In this document: positions 14,053-25,152 of the stretch, piece after piece | Position numbering within the stretch: position 1 is the stretch's first letter | How the letters are laid out: the number at the start of each line of letters is the position of its first letter | From: Schmidtea nova | Lineage: Eukaryota | DNA: 64,000 nucleotides | Direction of reading: 5' to 3' | NCBI GenBank assembly: GCA_044892505.1 | Contig: CM097883.1 | Coordinates: 38,502,001-38,566,000, forward strand | Made by a program: the position numbers and the translations under genes | Notes under the pieces: model-generated | Seen by the model: the letters and a program-made list of their open reading frames with translations, nothing else | Database searches by the model: none | Told to the model about the DNA's origin: nothing

Positions 14053-17000
14053 GGTGATAGCAAAGCCATCGTGTGCTTTCTCATGGCCCCCTGCAGCATT
14101 TCGGAATGTGGCGCCTCAGACAAAAGTTATGTGTAGCCAGTTTTTGCTTATATTTTTTAAGAAAAAATAATATGGCGACAGAAACCATATAAATAAATGA
14201 CTTTCTGCATACTGTTTGACAGCTTGTGAAGTGGTATTCTCATATTAAAAGAAAGAATTCTCGAATGAAAAATAATTCCGATTTCGATGGCTTGATAGAA
14301 GATATTTGAATATGTTAACTAAGCTTAACATTTCGGTTCAAATAAAACAGATAGTCTCTTAAAAATTGAAAAAATAGCCTTTGGTTGCTACGATAGTAGG
14401 GCTTTCGATTGAGACCAGTCTAGTCTGCAGTGGGTTTACTGTATCCGCTTACAAATTGTGATCTCCATTTGTAGGACGTAAATAAACAGTACACTACCAG
14501 TACACCAACAGTCTGTAATTAAGGGCCACAAAGACACTTAATACAGGCAGTTGGTATTTATTATTACTTATTATTTACTTATTTTTTTAAAATTTTTAGC
14601 TATGTCTTTAAGCTATTTTAGAATATTTTAAATTTATTTAATATTTTAAGTTAAATACCAATTTATTTTATCTAGATATTTTTTAGATATTTATGAATTA
14701 CAGAAAAAAGTAAGTCTTTATAATTTTATCAGCTTTTCTTTTAAACATTTGGATATTGTTTTTGTGTATTCATTGCAGCTAATTGTATCCAAGAAGTTTT
14801 TCATTTCTTCCAAAGTAATCCAATAATTGTGGTCCACACAATCAATTCATTGTATTCCATTTTCTTCAATTATTAGGCTAACATTTTATCTGCCTCTTTT
14901 CCCTGCTGTAAGAATGCCAGTTTTTTCTACCTCGACACTATGTCTTTAATAATTTTAGGTTCAAAACCCATTTGCCTGCCGAATTTTTCATAATTTTCAC
15001 GCCGTTTCATTACTTCTTTTACTAATTTTTTGTCATGTTCAGATTATCTATAAAATTTTATGTTAAAACTTAAAAATTCAAATTTGTTGTACGTTTTTCG
15101 ATGTTTTCTTTCTACAGCTTCGGCAGTTTGAGGCATTATAGCTTCATTTTCTGCATTTCTAAAAATATTTTTTAAAATTTTTTTAATATAATTGTAAGTT
15201 TACATTTCTTTTTGATTCTCTCCAATAAATGGTACAGTTGATTCCAAGTAAGTTTCTGAAATATCTTCATAAATCATTATATTTGAAAATTTGAAAATCC
15301 CTTAATTAAAGACTGTCACTTAAATTATGTCCATGTGTTTGTATTTTTTATTATAGGTTTTTTGTGTGTTGTGTAAGTGTGTTTTTTGACCTAATTAATT
15401 TTTCTTATTTTCTATAGTGTAGGCCCGTAATTTATGACCGTGCTTTTTTTCTTTGTCCTAATCTGCAGTAGGTATGTATATTTTTTCTATATATAAAATA
15501 ATTTGTTATTATAGATACTTTAAATTTTGCCTGTCTGGCCCTTAATTTATGCGCTTTGGTGTATAACACCACAACTGTTTTGTGTGTTGTTTGAGGCCTG
15601 AATCCCTCTCTAAATTTTAATTCTGATTTCTTCTATACTTATAATTTATATAATATTTATAATTTACTCTAAAAAGGTGGATAAGCTTTCTCCTATCATA
15701 TTTATGAGGCCCCTGTAACCGCAGATGATACAGGCGGAGACGCGTCGGCTCTGCGTGGTTGTAAGTGAAGGGATCAGATAATATTAAAATCTGATTTAAG
15801 TAATTTATATTTAAAAATTATTTTTATTTTAAAATTTAAATAAATATTTTAAAAATATAAAAAATATAATTTTAATCATTATTTTTTTGAAGTCCAAATA
15901 TTAAAAGTTAGTATTGCATTAATAATATTTTTTTCAAAGTAAATCTTTTCAAAACTGCATATTTAGTTTGATTTCATTTTTTGACTTGTGAATATTATGA
16001 TGCAATATTTACTTTATTTATAACCTGAATCTTGTTATTTTATTTATAGTCTAAAGTTTTATTTTTAATTACAACCAGACATCACTGAACAAAAGTAAAT
16101 GTAAAGTTAGATAACGGACGGTATTCAAAACGCTGGACATGCAATGACCAAAATGCGGGACTGTCCCGCAATATGCGGGAAGAGTAGTCCGTGTACTCTA
16201 GTAACTAATAAAATGTGTACTTAGTGAAAACATTCTTTGATAATTATTTATGCAATAAATAGCTGTGTTATCCATTGTTATTGTATCATTAACCTGTTAA
16301 CCGGACTGGACGTATAATTACGTTCAAGCAAGAAGGAATATTACGCAATCAAAATATTTCTGCTGCGCCACTTCGGGTGAATATATAATAGAATTAACGT
16401 GCGCCGGAGAAGACAAAATAATACAATACAACTTACAGCAAATCTCCGCTGTAGTTACGTCCTTTTTGCGATTCAATTGTTTAAGTGTCCGGTTAATATC
16501 AAATTCAAGCCCGTTTTCATGCATTTCATAACCAAATCTAAAAATTTGTAGAAATTTTAAGGGTCAGTACAATAGAAACTTTAAAATGAAGGACTATTCT
16601 TCAGCTGCTAAAATCTTGTATCTTACAACCCTTATATCTGAATTATCTTTATCGAGGCTCAAATCTACTATAACCATTCTCCACTTCACTCCGCCATCAT
16701 TTACCCATTCAAGATTCAACAATTTAAATGATCTTGAATTTTAAATTATATAAATGGATCTAAATTATTTAACTGCTTTAAGATCAAATTTAATTTTCTC
16801 CAATCCAATACAAATTTTTGGCAATACCCTTTCAAGTGCTCATAAACACTTGACAAAGTATTGCGGAAAATGGATGTTGAATTGGAGAGATATAAAAATA
16901 AATAAAATCGAAAAGTGCTTAAAGGTGCAGAAAATTAAAAATGATTTGATTATATTGAAAATTTAGCAGAATTTTGAGAAAAATCCAAGTCGCAAAAAAT

Positions 17001-18429
17001 AAATTATACAAAACTTTATTAGCAATGATGCCAACAAGCCAGTTTTAAGGTTCCTGGTCTGTGTCAGGTCCGGGTTTCATAAAAATTATGAAATTATGCA
17101 TTTTTAACCCTATATAATGAACGGATGACTTAAACTTGACACTGATTAATGAAATATTTTCATACATAGGAGGCTAATATTTGTTAATGTGTGTGTGCAT
17201 AGTGAAATACATACATAGTGTTTGAAATCTTTACATTTTTAATTGAATTTGGATTTTTATTTACATTTGATATTATATCTTGTTTTCTTTATTAATACCT
17301 AATATGTAGCTACTTGTGCAATTGGTAAAAGTGATTTATAATAATAAACACTTATTTTCGTATTCCAAGGATTGTTTTTACCCAAATGTCCGGGTTAACA
17401 ATTTTCCAAAGGTGGTATCTCTGCTTATTAGAGTATGGCTTACATTATGCAGAACAATGGAAGGTTAAAGTCAGCTTGTCGGAGACAAATTCAAAAAAAG
17501 TCAGATGTTCAAAATTATTTGGAGAACATTCCAAACCTTTGATAATACTTTTGGGTATTAGGGATGTTTAGTCGATGCTGTTAGTCTGACTCCTCGGTGT
17601 TCTTTAAATTGGATTCAATTAAATAACTCAACACAGAAGAATTTATTTGCAACTATCACAATTTTCTAACACACCAAATCTCTGTTCAAATTTAACAATA
17701 ACTTTTATGAACTACTTCTCCGACTTTGCGTATGGATAAGTCTCCCAAAGGAAGATCTCCCTTTCTGGTACGCTAAAAGAAGGAATTTGATTTGGAACGC
17801 TTTAATTGTCGCTCTTAACTCTGCAACGGATTTTCTTGTTCTGACTTCACTAACGTTTTGCTTCGACCATTCTGGCAAACTTTAATATTTGTCTTTCCCT
17901 TTTATACTGCTTCTGATGATAGGTTTCCCACTCAACTGCAGCTGCCAAATGGTAGTTTCCGAATTTGATATTTTAACTTTCTATCTGTCGATTACTCTCC
18001 GGGTCTCTTCTAAAGTTAATTTTCTCAAGAATTATTACCTGTCATATTGCTTGTCCGGGTTTCCCACACTCTTCGGGTTCTCCATTGTCTCGGGTTTCCC
18101 ATTAACTCGGGCTTTCCATTAGACAATTAATTCTTAATTAATATTTCAATTTGTTAATTCTTTTCTTCTGGGCACCCCCATTAATTTTATATGCCAATAT
18201 CTGAATTCGTCTCCTCATTTGGAATCCTCCCATACCAATTTCCCCCTCTAAATCTTTATTTTTGAATTTTATAAATTTTTAATTAACGTTTGCATTTTAA
18301 TTAATTATTTTTCCAAATTTCGTATTTTATCGATTTGCACAAAGTTTTTGTGCTTTTTAATTTTAATTTTCTGTTTATTTACCAACCCCAACAATACAAA
18401 GATTTGACATCAAATAATTAAAAAGGATG

Positions 18430-18700
18430 TTATTGTGAAAGTTTGACAATTTTTGTTGAAACGTTTTCGGCTGTTATGGTTTTCAATAGAATTGCTTCAA
18501 ACCACGGATTCTTTCTGTCAATCATTGTCAACATATAGGTGTACCAATTATCTATTGGCAGTGGACCTACTTGGTCACTGTGTACAACATTAAACCAATT
18601 TCCAGTTGGGAAATTCATTATTGGTGTTTTAGTAATTTTACTGTTTTTATTATGCTGATAGAGTAGCCATTCTTTTGTTGGATTATTGGGTTGTTGGTTA
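18430..18700 (-). pseudogene. Degenerate Gypsy integrase core fragment of an older element
   Basis: VVHSDQVGPLPIDNWYTYMLTMIDR..WFEAILLKTITAENV matches the rve N-terminal pattern. Confidence 0.75.
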
Positions 18701-20070
18701 AATTTATAACTTACTAATCAACTGTCTGACTCCAATGCGTGCTTTATTAATCAATAAAATAAAAATTAACAATAAGAACTTTTATTGATATCACAACTGG
18801 TTTCACAATTTACACTGGTACAACCAATTAATAATATGAGACAATTATACAGTGCTTTATATGATACGTTTGTGAAGAATAACACTCGTGTATAATATCC
18901 GTCTAGCAATCACTAGCTACTGATTTATATTTGAAAATGGGTAACCAACTAATTGCTTTCTTTGCTTTGACTTGAAATTTGACCCAACAAACTTTTCTCA
19001 ATAAATCTCTCACAATTGTTTTCGCAACAAATTCCTGAATAAATTTCACTCAATAAATTCTCAATAAATTTCTCTCAATCATATTCTCAATCGATTTCTC
19101 AATAAATTTCTCTATAAATTTCTCTCGATAACACTTTTCTCAATAATATTTCTAATACTCTTTCCTCACACAAATTTTGTAATACCACTCGAATTTTAAT
19201 TCAACTGCGATGCTTTTTTTATAGCGCGTCAAAGTTTGCGGCACTTGAAACAAATTTGTTTTTATACTTTGCTTTTCGCCTTCTTCCACAGCTCTCGTCT
19301 TATCTCTGACAACTGTCGAAATATGCCTTGCTTTCCACTCTGTTGTTCCGACTTTTTCTCCTACCATTCCGATATCTCTGATAGGCTGTCAAAATATAAT
19401 TTTCTACCGGTTTTTTGTTTTTCGATTTCGGGATTCCTTTTGCCTTTGTACTTTTTAATTAGTGTTGGATCCACCATTTGGTCCACATTTAATATAAAAA
19501 ATAATAATAACAAGAAATAAATAAGAATAAATTAAATTAATATAATTACGAGAAGTTTCAGAAAGGATCAATTAAAAAGATAATAAAGAATATTAATTTT
19601 CTATAAAAATTTAGAAGAAAGTAAATAGGAAATGTAAAAGTGTTAAAGAAACAATGATATTTAATTGTATTTAAGGCAAAATAAAGAAATAATAAAGAAA
19701 AAGAATTACAGAATATTAAAAAGCAAAAACAACAAATTATTAGTAATTTAAAGCAAATCAATCGATTTGATTTTTAATGTAATTTATTTTTTGTGCTGAT
19801 CGGATGATCAGCTTCAAGCTGATTGGTCAGTGATCTGATCTGATCAGTATATATACTGATCCAGATTCAGATATTTTTAATGCATAAATTTTTTTCAGTG
19901 ACAAAAATTTTCTTTGTATTTGGTGAGAAGCTAATAGGTATGAGTATTTTTGTTTTATTGAATTTATAAATTTTATGATTATCTGTCATTGACCATTGTA
20001 GTTAATTGTTAATAAAATATTTTAAGATATATGATTTTTAAATTTTTGTCGAGTATAGAACTAAGCCAAG

Positions 20071-20355
20071 CTTCTTCCACTGTGAAATCAGTGGAAGGAG
20101 ATGACTCTATTTATATATATGATTTATCTTTTATTGAGCTTCTTCCATCGTGTAAGCGGTGGAAGGAGGCAACAGTATCAGTTTATATTAACAACTAACA
20201 AGTATAATTTTAGAAGTAATTATTGGGTCGAGCTTCTTCCACTGTGAAATCAGTGGAAGGAGGCAAATATATATTATCTATATACCGTATTTATAGTATA
20301 AAATTACGTATGATTTAAGGGGCTCCGTTCACCGTGCAATCGGGAACATGGAGGC
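20071..20355 (+). repeat. Four dispersed hairpin repeats in the LTR (also 44946-45230)
   Basis: CTTCTTCCACTG-TGAAAT-CAGTGGAAGGAG at 20071 and 20233; variant at 20139; degenerate copy at 20323. Confidence 0.85.
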
Positions 20356-21084
20356 ATACTGTGCCGAGTAGAAACGACTGCTCCGTACAGTTAGGCCGTC
20401 CGACCGGTGTGAAGCGCCGAGACGAGGGTAGGAATTTTATTTTTGATTTCTAACCTTATTTTTCACTGGATAGTATAGCCAGTTGAAGTTTTATTTTATA
20501 ATCGATTTAAATTTTTTGAGTTTATAGTTAAGTTGAGTTTTGATTTTAGTTTGAGACAGATATAGCTGTGATTTTATTAATCTGATTTTATATTGGAATT
20601 CTCCGAATGTTAATCTATATTTTTTGATTGTCACATCTGGGGTTTGTGGGCATAGAGCGGCAGATACACGTTTAAGAATTTGTACAAAATATAATTTTAA
20701 TAACAACATAAAAATCGATAACTCTAATAACGTAGTGATCTACTACGCAAGTAACATAGCAGCAATAGGCTATAGGTTCAAACATTCCACATAAATAATT
20801 AAATATAATTGCTTATCCTGAACCCTGTACATAGGGCAGTGGATCTTAGTTTATTTTAATAATTTTCTTATCCTGACTGCTGTATATAGCACAGGCGTAA
20901 CTGAATAAAATGCATTATGAAATAAATGTATCTGATCGCTGTACATAGCGACAGTGTTGAAAGCGTAATAGGTAAATCATTTTCTTTTCCTAAATTAACA
21001 ATTACCAATTGTCAAAAGCATGAGAATCGTTCAGATCAAGACGGTCAATTTCATGTGAATAAACCAATTTTGAATTTTAGAAAA

Positions 21085-21675
21085 ATGTCAGCCAACACAG
21101 CAACCAATCAAGCCGAATTAGACAAAACATGGAGGATAATTCGCAGCCTCGAAAAGGAAATGCTGCGAAAATCAGAGAGAATAAAAGAAGCCGATGGCAT
21201 AATCTCCAACCTAAAGAAAAGCTGGTTCAGTCCAGAACAAATGAAAACACAAATTACAAAAACTCAACGCTCACAGCGAGCTAACAGCGAATTGCAAATG
21301 GAATTAGACGCGACGAAGATGGAATTAAAGAAATGCCTAAAATCTGTAACGGCATCGTATCTAACTCAGGAGCTCAGCCAGCTCATTCGACCAATCACTT
21401 ACCAGCATTGGGCTGACGAAAAGGCGGGATGTACAAAGGGAACAAACACCGAGGAACCATCTCAGGTTCAAGCAACAACAATAGCCAGTACACCAAATAA
21501 CTCGATAAATCCAGAAGTCAAGAAGAAAAGGAAGAGCAAGATGGGAGCACGTCAGCGTCGCTGGAAGAAACAAGTTCTTCAGCAATTGGCTCAACAATCC
21601 AAAGAAATTCCAGAAATTGATTTGACCATGAATTTTGCAATATCAGATGAAGACATTACTAAATACTTTGAATAG
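21085..21675 (+). CDS. LTR-encoded ORF (196 aa from ATG 21085; track ORF from 20926): coiled coil, basic KKKRKSKMGARQRRWKK motif, acidic tail
   Basis: Open frame kept in both LTRs; ATG 21085 preceded by TTTTGAATTTTAG|AAAA. Confidence 0.6.
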   Translation: MSANTATNQAELDKTWRIIRSLEKEMLRKSERIKEADGIISNLKKSWFSPEQMKTQITKTQRSQRANSELQMELDATKMELKKCLKSVTASYLTQELSQLIRPITYQHWADEKAGCTKGTNTEEPSQVQATTIASTPNNSINPEVKKKRKSKMGARQRRWKKQVLQQLAQQSKEIPEIDLTMNFAISDEDITKYFE

Positions 21676-22290
21676 GAATTTTGTGATTTAGCTGTTTTCG
21701 CGTATTAAATAATTTTTGTTTTGTATTTATTTTATTGTAAAGTATAGAAAATAATGTGATTTATTAAAAATTTTAAAATAATTTAAAGAAAAATATAGAT
21801 TAAATTAAACTATACATTAGAATCAACAATAGGATTAACCTAAATCTAATAAACAATAGAAACATTAAAGAGATAATATATTGTAATTGATTAAAGATTA
21901 CTTGTTGACATTGTAAAGAAGGGGGCTGAAAGAAAAGTTGAGAGTTGAAAGATATTGTAAAGAAAGGGGGCTAAAGAAACATTGAAATGAAAGATAATGG
22001 ATGCGGATAGATTAAAGTTAAAGCGTAAGTCCTTCTATCGGCAGCGAGACGAACCCGTGAACATAAATAGGGAGTAGTTTTAGCAATAGAGCTCACCTGC
22101 CCATCATTGTTCAAACACCTTGCACATTTCCAACTCGATTATTACAGGGAAATGATCGAGGGTGCTCGTGTGATATGTAAGCATTTTATGTGAGGTTTTG
22201 GATGGAGGAATCCCTAGAGCGTTTAAAAATAATTATTAGTTTAATTTACTGTTTTTGTTTTAACCCAATCCGAAACCAACAACATAAATT

Positions 22291-22308
22291 TGGGGGCTCA
22301 GCCGGGAT
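22291..22308 (+). promoter_or_regulatory. Primer-binding site, tRNA-Pro-like
   Basis: TGGGGGCTCAGCCGGGAT matches the MLV-type tRNA-Pro PBS TGGGGGCTCGTCCGGGAT at 16/18 positions; it lies 9 nt downstream of the LTR end. Confidence 0.85.
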
Positions 22309-22520
22309 CAAATTGGTTTTTGTGCGGAAAATTGAATCCAACAATAACAAGGAGTTTTAAAGTACCCCTCAGCCGGGATCAAATTGGTTTTTGTGCGGAA
22401 AATTGAATCCAACAATAACAAGGAGTTTTAAAGTACCCCTCAGCCGGGATGAAAATGGTTTTTTGTGCGAAAAATTGAATCCAATAATAACCAGGAGTTT
22501 TAAAGTGCCCCTCAACCGAA
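22297..22520 (+). repeat. Three 71-72-bp tandem units beginning with the distal 12 nt of the PBS
   Basis: CTCAGCCGGGAT at 22297, 22368 and 22439; degenerate CTCAACCG at 22511. Confidence 0.9.
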
Positions 22521-22821
22521 AATGTAATTGATTTTTGTATAAAAGTGAAAACAATATCAACAGAGAATTTTGAAAAACAATTATTGAATAAATATAACAA
22601 CAGACGATTAATAATTGATATTAAAATAAAATAAATAAACATAAATAAATATGTCGGGACGACAATTTGATGAAGCAGGGAGAGGTTTAACATCAGAAAA
22701 CGAAATGTACCACTACTTTTGACCGACACAAATCAAACAAATAGAGAAACAAGATATTGAAATTTTTATTTTTTATACCAAATAAAACAGCAAACATATT
22801 AACAATATCAATTATTTAGCA

Positions 22822-23283
22822 ATGAACGATAAATTAAAAGAAATAGAAGAATTCTTAAACACGGAAAACAAAACATACGAGGAATTATGCGAGAAAATAA
22901 GTCGAATAAGAGAATCCGGATTCACAGAACCCATGACACAAACCGAAGAGACAACAGAGCTGATAAAAATAATGGAAAGAGTAGACAAAATAGATATAAC
23001 AACTAGATACAAGTGGTACCGAACGAGATTAGAAAATGCTGATGTAAACATAAAATGTAGACAGTTAGAACAACAATTAACTCCAACATACAACAAGTGG
23101 ACGATACAAGGAACTGAGACAGCTAAGAAATTTAAACTGTGTTACATATGTCGAGAAAGGGAGAATAAAATCATGTTTTTACCATGTGGACATTTCCGGT
23201 TTTGTGGAATCTGTGCAGCCAATTGCGACAAATGCCCGATGTGCAATCTTGAAATAGGCGAAAGAATTACTGTGTATTTATAA
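22822..23283 (+). CDS. Accessory RING-finger protein with C-terminal IAP/MDM2-type C3HC4 RING (153 aa, no BIR)
   Basis: CYICRERENKIMFLPCGHFRFCGICAANCDKCPMC..I..RITVYL at the extreme C-terminus parallels the XIAP/cIAP RING. Confidence 0.85.
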   Translation: MNDKLKEIEEFLNTENKTYEELCEKISRIRESGFTEPMTQTEETTELIKIMERVDKIDITTRYKWYRTRLENADVNIKCRQLEQQLTPTYNKWTIQGTETAKKFKLCYICRERENKIMFLPCGHFRFCGICAANCDKCPMCNLEIGERITVYL

Positions 23284-23911
23284 TAAATAAATGATGAATT
23301 TAGTAATATTATTCGTAATAAATAAAATATGAGAAAGGATAATGAGAATTAATATGATAATTCATAATGAGAATTAATATGAGAATTCATAAGGAGAATT
23401 AAAAAATGAAAATTGATAATGAGATTAATAATGAGAATTTAAAATGAGAGTTGATAATGGCAATGACAGAAATCATGATAACAATTGATATTTATAAATA
23501 ATTTTTGAGCTGCTCACGAGTAGTCCGTTAAGCACCCATTGGGAGGAACCAACTGATCAACTTACCCGAGATGTATAGAAAGGGGCCCATCGCGGAAATT
23601 GGAAAGCTTTTGTGATGTGACTGATCACCACATCTTGCATTAGTAGACCAATGCGATCTTTTTGTATGTTTTGGTTGGGGTGAAAGGTAGGAACCATCTA
23701 ATGAGGTTTAAGTACACACAAAAAATACCAATAAAAAAGAGAGAATAGAACACTGATCAGTGGAAGTCGAAAGAACATTAAGTGAATAAGTAGAATGAAA
23801 GTTAATGTGATAACTCTCATAACAATAGAGATAATTCAGCTGAATGATAACTAGCGAAGTGGATAATTGCGGTTAACCGGTTAAAGAGATTAGTTAAATA
23901 CCTTGTATAAA

Positions 23912-24232
23912 AAGGGTCAAGGGCAAATAAGCCATATTAGTTACTCTGAAAGAAGGGTCAAGGGCAAATAAGCCATATTAGTTACTCTGAAAGAAGGGTC
24001 AAGGGCCAACGAGCCGTATTAGTTAATTACTCTGAAAGAAGGGTCAAGGGCCAACGAGCCGTATTAGTTAATTACTCTGAAAGAAGGGTCAAGGGCCAAC
24101 GAGCCGTATTAGTTAATTACTCTGAAAGAAGGGTCAAGGGCCAACGAGCCGTATTAGTCAATTACTCTGAAAGAAGGGTCAAGGGCCAACGAGCCATATT
24201 AGTTAGTTACTCTGAAAGAAGGGTCAATGGCA
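23912..24232 (+). repeat. Tandem array, 2x41 bp plus 5x45 bp plus a partial unit, core AAGGGTCAAGGGC
   Basis: Unit starts at 23912, 23953, 23994, 24039, 24084, 24129, 24174, 24219. Confidence 0.92.
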
Positions 24233-24380
24233 ACATAAGAATTTGAACCTATGATTGCAATAGCGATAGCAACACAAGGAATGTGAACCTGTGATTGCGA
24301 TTATGGATAGCAACATAAGGAATGTGAACCTATGATTGCGATAGTTGATAGCAACGTAAGGAATATGAACCTAGAGTTGT
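24232..24380 (+). repeat. About 40-bp degenerate tandem repeat (GAATGTGAACCTATGATTGC..GATAGCAAC) x3-4
   Basis: Repeated GAAT(G/A/T)TGAACCT motif directly after the previous array. Confidence 0.75.
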
Positions 24381-24487
24381 AGTCGTCGACGACGTGAGAA
24401 TAGTGAGCATTAGAGTTTGAGTAATAAAAGTAAAGATGATTAAATAAACTAGAGATTCAGTATGCATACAAGTAGAAATAAGAATAG

Positions 24488-24720
24488 GAGAAATTAGAGT
24501 TGACCGGAAAAACCGGTAGAAATAGTGAAAATAATGAATAATGATGAGAAATTAGAGATGACTGGAAAAATTGATGGAAATAGTGAAAAAAATGAATAAT
24601 GATGAGAAATTAGAGATGACTGGAAAAATTGATAGAAATAGTGAGAATAATGAATAATGATGAGAAATTAGAGATGACTGGAAAATTTGATAGGAATAGT
24701 GAGAATAGTGAGTAATGATG
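24488..24720 (+). repeat. 58-bp tandem repeat x4
   Basis: GAGAAATTAGAG at 24488, 24546, 24604, 24662. Confidence 0.85.
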
Positions 24721-25152
24721 ATATAATGAATAGTGATAAAATGATAATTGAGTCAGGAGAACTCAAGGGAATTAAAGCGTTTGAGCGACAAATTAAATTG
24801 GGAGACTGAGGGAAAAGTAATGAATTTATTTGATAACGATAGATAATTATTACGACCATATAGATAATTGTTACCAGTGAATAGATAATTTAAATAGACT
24901 TAAATAAAGGGGAAACCGGGAATGGGGAAACAATGGAAACCCAATAATGAGGAATAAAAGCGCAACGATAACAATGATGTATCGTTGAAGTGACTTTTTA
25001 ATTTAGATATACGGAACAGAACAAGTCAAACAACCAACCAATCAATCAGAATACGATAACAGAGAAACAGAAAAATTGATAAATTAAAGAAAAGTAAACC
25101 GAGATCAAGAGCAGTTAAAAATCAAGAAGTTAATAATTCACAAAGAAATAAA

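Larger units (their letters stand above)
19463..22281 (+). repeat. 5' LTR (2,819 bp)
   Basis: Starts TGTTGGATCC, ends CCGAAACCAACA; internal ORF coordinates offset by exactly 24,875 from the 3' copy. Confidence 0.97.

Noticed and set aside
19790-20430. Hammerhead or HDV ribozyme, IRE or SL-RNA gene in the LTR hairpins
   Set aside because: No CUGANGA/GAAA core, no CAGUGN loop, and no convincing match to flatworm SL sequence by eye; an Infernal/Rfam scan would settle it.
20926-21084. Upstream ATG 20926 as the start of the LTR ORF
   Set aside because: The first 53 codons look non-coding and end in a strong acceptor; ATG 21085 fits the pattern shared with the other accessory ORFs. Not formally excluded.
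23912-24720. Possible CRISPR-like array
   Set aside because: The units are contiguous near-identical tandem repeats without unique spacers, in a eukaryotic TE leader.
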